This document shows positions 7,184 through 12,855 of a DNA stretch of 12,855 bases, piece by piece. Each line of letters starts with the position of its first letter. Positions within the stretch are counted from its first letter, which is position 1. The stretch is from a bacterium. GTDB taxonomy: Bacteria; Hydrothermota; 32-111. Position numbers and translations under genes: made by a program. The notes beneath the pieces were generated by a model. It did not search any database and had not been told where the DNA came from. It saw only the letters and a program-made list of their open reading frames with translations. The stretch covers positions 1-12,855 of the forward strand of contig JAWOBN010000015.1 in NCBI GenBank assembly GCA_046484245.1, in the 5' to 3' direction.

Positions 7184-7798
7184 TTATTCCCATCCCCTCA
7201 GTTTTATATGATGATAGAGCTGGGCTAATGCAATTAATGTTAGAGGCAGTGAAACAGCAAGTCCTATGACAGTTATTGCCATAATGAAATTAACAGCATA
7301 GAGGATTATGCCTATTACAAATATCTGCCATTGGTACTTCTTCGTCATGCCCCATGAAGCCTTGAGAGCTTCAAATGCAGTATAGCCCCTCTCCACAATA
7401 AGATAAGGGTAGAATATGAGTCTCACTGCTATAAAAATCCCCGGTATAACAAGCATCAAAAGGCCTATAAATACTGACAAATTATAAATAATTGTTCCGG
7501 CAATAAAGGAGAACAGCATGCCGCCGGGCGTAAAGAGCATTGAGAAATCATACGGCTTGCGGTTTGTCATATTTACTGCTATTTTGACAATACCAAGCTG
7601 AATCAGCATATTGATAAAAAACATTATGATAGTGACAGCCGGATTGATATCCATTCCTGTTGAGGACATATCTGCAAGCATGATCTCAATAACAAGCACT
7701 ATCATGAGAAATATCATGATGCCTATTATGAAGAAATAATTATGTTTTATTATGTATCGGAGTGATGAGAGGTATTCCTTATAATCAATCCTGTCCAT
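7184..7798 (-). CDS. Integral membrane protein, DUF975/YciC-like
   Basis: About 4-5 hydrophobic segments and the family-like motif LLMLVIPGIFIAVRL.F.PYLIVE.G....EALKASW.MTK. Confidence 0.7.
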   Translation of the reverse strand: MDRIDYKEYLSSLRYIIKHNYFFIIGIMIFLMIVLVIEIMLADMSSTGMDINPAVTIIMFFINMLIQLGIVKIAVNMTNRKPYDFSMLFTPGGMLFSFIAGTIIYNLSVFIGLLMLVIPGIFIAVRLIFYPYLIVERGYTAFEALKASWGMTKKYQWQIFVIGIILYAVNFIMAITVIGLAVSLPLTLIALAQLYHHIKLRGWE

Positions 7799-7801
7799 AA
7801 G

Positions 7802-8635
7802 CTAAAACAGACTGTAGTTTATATTGATTGAAAGATTTTCACTGTGCATCAGATCCGCATCCTTATCCCTGTCATAGAGCAGTTTGACATTGACATTCAC
7901 ATTGATATATTCATTGATTGATGCAGTCAGTATGTTTTCAAACTCCAGATCGGGAGACCGCCAGTTCTCATTGACCGATGTACTTTTGATAAGTGCTTTG
8001 AATAATCTTATTCTTCCCGTATAATTGACATTCTCTGCAAGAACAGATGATATGTCGCCGACTGCCTCAAAACCGGCTTCAGTTGTAAATCTCATTGAAT
8101 CTGCAACATACTGCTGCCTTGTAAAATGTTCAACTGCTGAGAGTCCTGTTCTCAGTGAAATCTGCGTCTTCTCATTATTGACAATATATCTGCCTATGCC
8201 AATACCCTGGCTGATTGTGAGAGGATTCAAATACATTGTAACAGAATCAGTATTATCAGTGAAATATGTCTTCAGGCGGAGACTTGCATAAGGGTCTGCA
8301 AACCATCCGGGCATGAATCTCCCAATTGATTCCATATCAATATTGTCCGATGATTTGACCGGCTCAAGCCATTCACCGCTTGAATCATCCTCAAAGACAC
8401 TGCATCCCAGTTCTGACAAGAGATTGTTCTCCAGCATGAATATTTCTGCAGGTTTGTAATTTATCCTTAAATTGAATGAGAAACTCCCTGTAATATTATT
8501 GGCGGATTCTGTAAGGAAATTATCACTGTAATTGTCAAAAGAGAGGGATAACCCCATATCACCCTTCTTCTCTACTGAAGCACTTGCTGATAATGCCAGT
8601 AATGTCAATAAAATAAATATCACTGTTCTTTTCAT
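7802..8635 (-). CDS. Putative outer-membrane beta-barrel protein (DUF3078/DUF481-like)
   Basis: Sec signal peptide ending ...SASA, alternating amphipathic strands and a C-terminal beta-signal-like LSININYSLF ending in Phe. The family label is from pattern recall only. Confidence 0.7.
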   Translation of the reverse strand: MKRTVIFILLTLLALSASASVEKKGDMGLSLSFDNYSDNFLTESANNITGSFSFNLRINYKPAEIFMLENNLLSELGCSVFEDDSSGEWLEPVKSSDNIDMESIGRFMPGWFADPYASLRLKTYFTDNTDSVTMYLNPLTISQGIGIGRYIVNNEKTQISLRTGLSAVEHFTRQQYVADSMRFTTEAGFEAVGDISSVLAENVNYTGRIRLFKALIKSTSVNENWRSPDLEFENILTASINEYINVNVNVKLLYDRDKDADLMHSENLSININYSLF

Positions 8636-8642
8636 ATTAATC

Positions 8643-9449
8643 TCACTGTATAATGTATATTAAGGTATTTTCACCTGTCATGTCAAATACTTCTATCACG
8701 TCACGGTTTCTCATCCTGATGCAGCCATGGGAAGCGGGAATACCGATAAGCCCCTCCTCGGGGGTTCCGTGTATATAAATATGTCTCTCATATGAATCAA
8801 TGCCTATACCCCTGTTGATGCCCTCTTCCATACCGCTTAGATGCATAATCCGTGTTGTTATCAGATCATCTTCAATATCAATGCTGTCTTGAATAATCTC
8901 TGCCTTTTCACCTGTGCTTGAGAGGAATCTGAATATTGTGCCGATATCCTCATTCTCCCCGTACTTTCCCCTTATCCTGTGCATTCCGGGAGGTGTTTTA
9001 TTGGAGTGAGCTATACTTCCCACACCATATGAGGATGTTGATACAGGAAATACTTTGATAATAATTCCCGCACTGTCAGCAACAATCATTTTCTGATATT
9101 CCACTGATACAAGCAGAACAATACTGTCCCGGGTTGCTGCTCTGCATCTTGAAAAAGCGGATGCCATATCACTCATGAATTTACTGTCATTGAAGAGTTC
9201 AAATGAATCACTTATCTCATTATTATCGGCATTGAAGAACCTTCTGCCTGACTCATCAAGCACATATGTGCACACTGTATTGAACAGCCCGTTTGTATCT
9301 GTTATTGATATGATAATACCCGGACCGAGAGACGGATTGACAATGCTTAACGGAGCATTAACAGGAAGCCCGTAAATACTGATGCCGTCTTCCGGTGTCA
9401 GTGATACAACTGTCAGCAATACAGTCAATATAAATAAAATTGTCTTCAT
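8643..9449 (-). CDS. L,D-transpeptidase (YkuD domain) with N-terminal signal/anchor
   Basis: YkuD motifs FPVSTS..G, TPPG.H.I, IYIHGT...IGIPASHGCIRM (catalytic His/Cys). ATG 9449 (MKTILF...) is preferred over TTG 9464 because GGAG lies 5 nt upstream. Confidence 0.9.
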   Translation of the reverse strand: MKTILFILTVLLTVVSLTPEDGISIYGLPVNAPLSIVNPSLGPGIIISITDTNGLFNTVCTYVLDESGRRFFNADNNEISDSFELFNDSKFMSDMASAFSRCRAATRDSIVLLVSVEYQKMIVADSAGIIIKVFPVSTSSYGVGSIAHSNKTPPGMHRIRGKYGENEDIGTIFRFLSSTGEKAEIIQDSIDIEDDLITTRIMHLSGMEEGINRGIGIDSYERHIYIHGTPEEGLIGIPASHGCIRMRNRDVIEVFDMTGENTLIYIIQ

Positions 9450-9460
9450 CCATTCTCCGT

Positions 9461-10015
9461 TCAATTCACAATATTTTCTATCAGTATCTTAACACCAATC
9501 AGAATAAGCACAAGCCCCCCTGCCCTCTCTGCATAATGGCCGATACTCCTTGTAATTCTTCTGCCTACAAGAAAACCTGCAATACACATAAGAGCTGTGA
9601 CTGCACCTATAATTATCACAGGAAGTATTATACTGACACGGAGCAACCCCAGACTGACGCCTGTCATAAAGGCATCAATGCTTGTTGCAATTGCCAGGCC
9701 TGTCAGTATGAGGAAACTGTTGATATTTATTGCCGCCTTCTCCTCTGTCATACTCTGATGTATCATCTTTATTCCCAGAAGGACGAGGATGAGGAATGCG
9801 AAATACGGACCCCATGAATTAACTGTTTCTACTACTGTATATGCAAGGCTGTATCCGATAAGTGGCATGACTGCCTGAAATATGCCAAAGAGCAGTCCGA
9901 GTTTCAGACTGTTGCGTTTTCTCATATCACTGCCTGAAATCCCGGCTGTAATAGATACTGCAAATGCATCAGCTCCCAGACCGGCTCCAATGAATATCAT
10001 TGTAAGAATACTCAT
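9461..10015 (-). CDS. mntP: Manganese efflux pump MntP-family protein
   Basis: Motifs GLGADAFAVS, FGIFQAVMPLIG, AIATSIDAF..GVSL and AERAGGLVLILIG. 184 aa from ATG 10015, which lies 1 nt after the permease TAA. Confidence 0.9.
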   Translation of the reverse strand: MSILTMIFIGAGLGADAFAVSITAGISGSDMRKRNSLKLGLLFGIFQAVMPLIGYSLAYTVVETVNSWGPYFAFLILVLLGIKMIHQSMTEEKAAININSFLILTGLAIATSIDAFMTGVSLGLLRVSIILPVIIIGAVTALMCIAGFLVGRRITRSIGHYAERAGGLVLILIGVKILIENIVN

Positions 10016-10016
10016 A

Positions 10017-10820
10017 TTATATATGCCTGTTCCTGAAAAAGAGGGATATGAGGAATACTGCAAAGAGTATCAGTACAATAGAGGCACCTGTAGGCAGATC
10101 AAAATAGTATGACAGGAAGAATCCGCTTACTGATGATATAAGTGATATGATAACAGATACTATTACTGCCGGTTTGAGCCGTCTTATGAAATTTAGTGCA
10201 GTGAGTCCCGGCAATATCATCTGGGCAGTTATAAGAACCACTCCTATTATCTTCACAGACACTACAATATTCAGTGCAAGAATACCGATAAAACTGTAAT
10301 AGAGGGGTTTGACCGGAATACCGTAAATGAGAGATAATTCCTCGTTGTATGCAATGTAGAACAATTCCTTGAAGAAAATTATTATAAACATCAGATTTAT
10401 GATAAAGAGAGCGGAGAGCCAGTAGATATCAATATTCCTGACAAGCAGTATATTGCCGAAGAGATATCCTGCAATATCCACATTGACATTTGAATTGACT
10501 GATATCAGTATTATGCCCAATGCCATGGAAACCGAGAGGAAGACAGTTGTGATATTTGCCTCTTCAAGAGAAAATCTCCTGGAGACAAATCCTATAATCA
10601 GGGCTATTATCAGTACAAAGAGAAGAGTCGGGGCATTGAGCCCAATACCCAGAAGCAATGCCAGTGCAATGCCGGCAAATGAGATATGCGCAAATGCCTC
10701 GGACATATACGATATTTTCTTGAGAGCTACAAATGGCGATATCAATGCTGTGGAGCCTGCAGATAGAATAGCACCTAAGAATGCGATTCTGAGGAATGAG
10801 ACAGAGAAAACATCAAACAA
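10017..10820 (-). CDS. znuB: Zn/Mn ABC transporter permease (ZnuB-like)
   Basis: Very hydrophobic, with EAFAHISFAG, YLFGNIL, VKIIGVVLI and DLPTGASIV motifs of the ABC-3 family. The TTG start directly abuts the ATPase stop. Confidence 0.9.
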   Translation of the reverse strand: MFDVFSVSFLRIAFLGAILSAGSTALISPFVALKKISYMSEAFAHISFAGIALALLLGIGLNAPTLLFVLIIALIIGFVSRRFSLEEANITTVFLSVSMALGIILISVNSNVNVDIAGYLFGNILLVRNIDIYWLSALFIINLMFIIIFFKELFYIAYNEELSLIYGIPVKPLYYSFIGILALNIVVSVKIIGVVLITAQMILPGLTALNFIRRLKPAVIVSVIISLISSVSGFFLSYYFDLPTGASIVLILFAVFLISLFFRNRHI

Positions 10821-11549
10821 TCAGTACTCCTTATGAATCAGTTTAACCACATCACCGTATGTTTCCTTGATAATGTCGGCATTGACAAGCTGAGCCTCTC
10901 TGTGACAGTGGAGCTGTCTGTTCAGGCAAATAACCTGCTTGCTGTACTCCATAACAGTCCCTATATCATGCGATATCAGTATTATTGTTTTACCCTCTTC
11001 ATTGAGATCCTTGAGGAGTGAGTAGAACTGTGTGATTTTCTGCTTGTCCACCCCTGCTTCCGGTTCATCAAGGAACAGATAGTCACTCTGTGATACAAGA
11101 GCCCGGGCAATATAGAGTCTCTGTAATTCACCGCCGGAGAGTGAGCCTATCATATGCTCCTTCAGATCAATCATATTGACATAATCCAGTGCCTTGCGGG
11201 CACTTTCTCTGTCTTCATCCGTAAAATTGCCTAACAATCCCCTCTTGCCAGCAAGTCCCATCAGGCATATTTCCATAACAGTAGCAGGGAACAGTCTGTC
11301 AAACTCCTCCCTCTGAGGTAAATATCCGATAATATTGCTGCTGAGCCACTCTCTGTTATCCATACCATCTATTGTCACTGTCCCTGAATAATCTTTGATA
11401 AGCCCCAGTATGATCTTTATCAGAGTGGATTTGCCCGCACCATTGGGTCCCAGAACAGCTGCAAATTCATTATCCTCAATTGTGAGATTGATATCCTTGA
11501 GTATGTGTTTATTGCCTGCATAATAATTGACATTATTGACTTCTATCAT
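10821..11549 (-). CDS. znuC: Zn/Mn ABC transporter ATP-binding protein (ZnuC-like)
   Basis: Walker A GPNGAGKST, GYLPQ, signature LSGGELQR, Walker B FLDEP, ISHD, and C-terminal CLNRQLHCH. Confidence 0.92.
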   Translation of the reverse strand: MIEVNNVNYYAGNKHILKDINLTIEDNEFAAVLGPNGAGKSTLIKIILGLIKDYSGTVTIDGMDNREWLSSNIIGYLPQREEFDRLFPATVMEICLMGLAGKRGLLGNFTDEDRESARKALDYVNMIDLKEHMIGSLSGGELQRLYIARALVSQSDYLFLDEPEAGVDKQKITQFYSLLKDLNEEGKTIILISHDIGTVMEYSKQVICLNRQLHCHREAQLVNADIIKETYGDVVKLIHKEY

Positions 11550-12372
11550 CAGTAATGCCCTTTTCTATCATAGACCAGTTGTACATGAGTAATTGGCTGA
11601 TTGAATTTATCTCATCAATATTACCCAGCGGATCCATCTCATAGACCTCAACACCCAGTTCAGAAGCAATAATATCAGCTGACTTGCTATTGAGCTGAGG
11701 CTCTGAATACACTGCCCCTATATGCTTCAACCGGGCTTGGCCAATCAGTTTCACGAGATGACCCGGAGAGGGCTCTCTGCCTGGAGCTTCCTCTATGGTT
11801 CCGGCTGCTGTGATTTCATACTGCTCAAGGAAATAATAGAAAGAATTGTGGAATGTTATGATTTCAATACTGTCATAACCTGCTCTCTCCATTCTTATGA
11901 TACTGTCCGTTTTCATGAGAGAATCAATGAAAAGCTCATAATTGGCTTCATAGTACGATGCATTGGCACTGTCAATATTGACAAGTGCATTCTTCACAAT
12001 AAGGGCAGCACTCTTGAGATTATCAACAGATAGCCAGATATGCGGATTGAAATTATCATTCTCATACAGTGAATCACCTATAATAACAGCCCTTCTGTCA
12101 TTCTTCAGTTTGTTTATGAGATTCTCCTCCAGATGAAGGCCATTGAGTATAATGAGTTTTGCATTGGACATCATCCGTATATCCGAGGGTTTCGGGGAAT
12201 ATGTGTGGGGTGATGAGTATTCAGGGAGTATATTCTTCACTGTCATTTCACTGCCTGCAATACTGCTCGTGAGAAAATAATATGGTTTGATACTTGTCAG
12301 CACATCAGCATTTGACGGAAAGATGATTATAGAAATTAATAAGCTGACCAGTATGAGAATATGTTTTTTCAT
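11533..12372 (-). CDS. znuA: Metal ABC transporter substrate-binding protein (cluster A-I, ZnuA-like)
   Basis: Signal peptide, SPHTYSPKPSD, NGLHLE, NPHIWL, TFHNSF and SEPQ, consistent with a His3(+Glu) zinc-type site. Overlaps the ATPase start by 17 bp. Confidence 0.9.
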   Translation of the reverse strand: MKKHILILVSLLISIIIFPSNADVLTSIKPYYFLTSSIAGSEMTVKNILPEYSSPHTYSPKPSDIRMMSNAKLIILNGLHLEENLINKLKNDRRAVIIGDSLYENDNFNPHIWLSVDNLKSAALIVKNALVNIDSANASYYEANYELFIDSLMKTDSIIRMERAGYDSIEIITFHNSFYYFLEQYEITAAGTIEEAPGREPSPGHLVKLIGQARLKHIGAVYSEPQLNSKSADIIASELGVEVYEMDPLGNIDEINSISQLLMYNWSMIEKGITDDRSQ

Positions 12373-12401
12373 GATATGTCCCGCAGTAATGCTGAGGGAT
12401 A

Positions 12402-12581
12402 CTACTCTTCCCGGTCTTCTCCCTCAGGCTCATGCTCTTCCACGAATTTCTTTATATCATCAATATTCTGTACAATAAGTCGCGCCTTGGACAGGCCGAA
12501 TGAAAATGGAAATCTGTCATCCTCACTTCTCTTCAGTATAATAATGGGATTGCCCCTGTATTCTGATGTTTCTGCAGTCAT
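12402..12581 (-). CDS. Small hypothetical protein (59 aa), possibly PC4/YdbC-like
   Basis: ATG at 12581 preceded by SD AAGGAGG (12586-12592). Protein is MTAETSEYRGNPIIILKRSEDDRFPFSFGLSKARLIVQNIDDIKKFVEEHEPEGEDREE. The longer 87-aa ORF call runs through promoter and IS DNA. Confidence 0.8.
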   Translation of the reverse strand: MTAETSEYRGNPIIILKRSEDDRFPFSFGLSKARLIVQNIDDIKKFVEEHEPEGEDREE

Positions 12582-12609
12582 TATTCCTCCTTTATGATTA
12601 TAATATATA

Positions 12610-12637
12610 ATAATATAAAAATATAGAGGCAAGTCAA
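12610..12637 (-). promoter_or_regulatory. Probable sigma70 promoter for the small protein-znuACB-mntP operon
   Basis: Minus strand TTGACT (12637-12632), N16, TATTAT (12615-12610). The AT-rich context lowers specificity. Confidence 0.55.
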
Positions 12638-12666
12638 TACCTAAATTATATTTTGTAATTCCCAAA

Positions 12667-12704
12667 AAAAAATGTCCCCTTAAATTACTATTAAAAAATG
12701 TCCC
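12667..12704 (+). repeat. 12-bp direct repeat AAAAAATGTCCC x2 (putative transposase-binding sites)
   Basis: Exact copies at 12667-12678 and 12693-12704, 26 bp apart. Confidence 0.85.
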
Positions 12705-12746
12705 TTTTTGAGGTAAACTAATCTCCTTTGTACAAGGAGGTTAAAA

Positions 12747-12855
12747 ATGCAGGAAAAGGAGCTGAAATTAACAATGAAAGAACATAACAGACACAAAATC
12801 ATGGAAAAGGTAATGAACAAGGAAATGAAATTAACACAAGCGTCAGAGCTCATGG
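12747..12855 (+). CDS. N-terminus of a probable ISNCY/IS1202-family transposase (HTH region), partial
   Basis: Not in the ORF track. SD AAGGAGG at 12734-12740. Translates as MQEKELKLTMKEHNRHKIMEKVMNKEMKLTQASELM..., resembling the M..KE..R..++..+......+..A.ELLG start of these transposases. Only 36 codons are visible. Confidence 0.65.
   Translation, partial: MQEKELKLTMKEHNRHKIMEKVMNKEMKLTQASELM

Larger units (their letters stand above)
12654..12855 (+). mobile_element. Left end of a probable IS1202-family (ISNCY-type) insertion sequence, truncated by the window edge
   Basis: Begins with 5'-TGT (12654), carries two copies of AAAAAATGTCCC (12667-12678, 12693-12704), followed by a transposase-like ORF start. 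Confidence 0.65.

Noticed and set aside
8643..8670. dif-like string TCACTGTATAA-TGTATA-TTAAGGTATTT sharing the ATAATGTATATTA core with E. coli dif
   Set aside because: It lies inside the last codons of the L,D-transpeptidase (TLIYIIQ*), the normally well-conserved XerD arm matches only 7/11, and dif sites are typically intergenic. Likely chance.
12379..12399. Short imperfect hairpin TCCCGCAG-TAATG-CTGAGGGA between the small gene and znuA
   Set aside because: Only 7 bp with a mismatch, no U-tract, and too short for a riboswitch. At most a minor translational modulator.
9440..12597. Antisense ORFs over mntP and znuABC (e.g. 9440-9817, 10453-10836, 11722-12033) and similar ones over the kinase and regulator
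   Set aside because: Shadow ORFs opposite well-supported genes, with no motifs or translation signals noticed.
12615..12653. Possible Xer recombination site next to the IS1202-like end
   Set aside because: No XerC/XerD arm pattern (e.g. TTATGTTAAAT) is recognisable on either strand. The other IS end is outside the window.
12582..12665. N-terminal 28 aa of the 87-aa ORF call
   Set aside because: It runs through the promoter and IS end. The SD position supports ATG 12581.
1..12855. CRISPR arrays, tRNA/rRNA genes, yybP-ykoY riboswitch, sigma54 -24/-12 promoters
   Set aside because: No regularly spaced repeats, no intergenic space for structured RNA genes or an mntP leader, and none of the TGGCA sites I inspected had TTGC at the correct spacing. 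Inspection was by eye only.

Overview
Bacterial, probably diderm, chromosomal window (inferred from a predicted outer-membrane beta-barrel). Left to right: the 3' part of a trkH-trkA potassium-uptake operon (+); a ~1.1 kb AT-rich cassette (1455-2561) encoding a HUH/Y1 (RAYT/TnpA-REP-like) tyrosine transposase; and a long minus-strand gene run. In transcription order that run is a 59-aa small protein, znuA-znuC-znuB-like metal ABC importer, mntP Mn exporter, L,D-transpeptidase, beta-barrel OMP, DUF975-like membrane protein, then, behind an internal sigma70 promoter, an Ig-like lipoprotein, a soluble multi-PAS histidine kinase and an NtrC-family sigma54 activator. The window ends in the left end and first codons of a probable IS1202/ISNCY-type insertion sequence. 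The most notable structure is the Y1 cassette. It is bounded by 31-bp terminal inverted repeats (30/31 identical) whose outermost TGA triplets are the stop codons of both convergent flanking host genes. It also has subterminal hairpins, a consensus TTGACA-N16-TATAAT promoter (extended -10) and an AAGGAGG RBS. All family assignments come from motif recognition by eye; no database searches were run.
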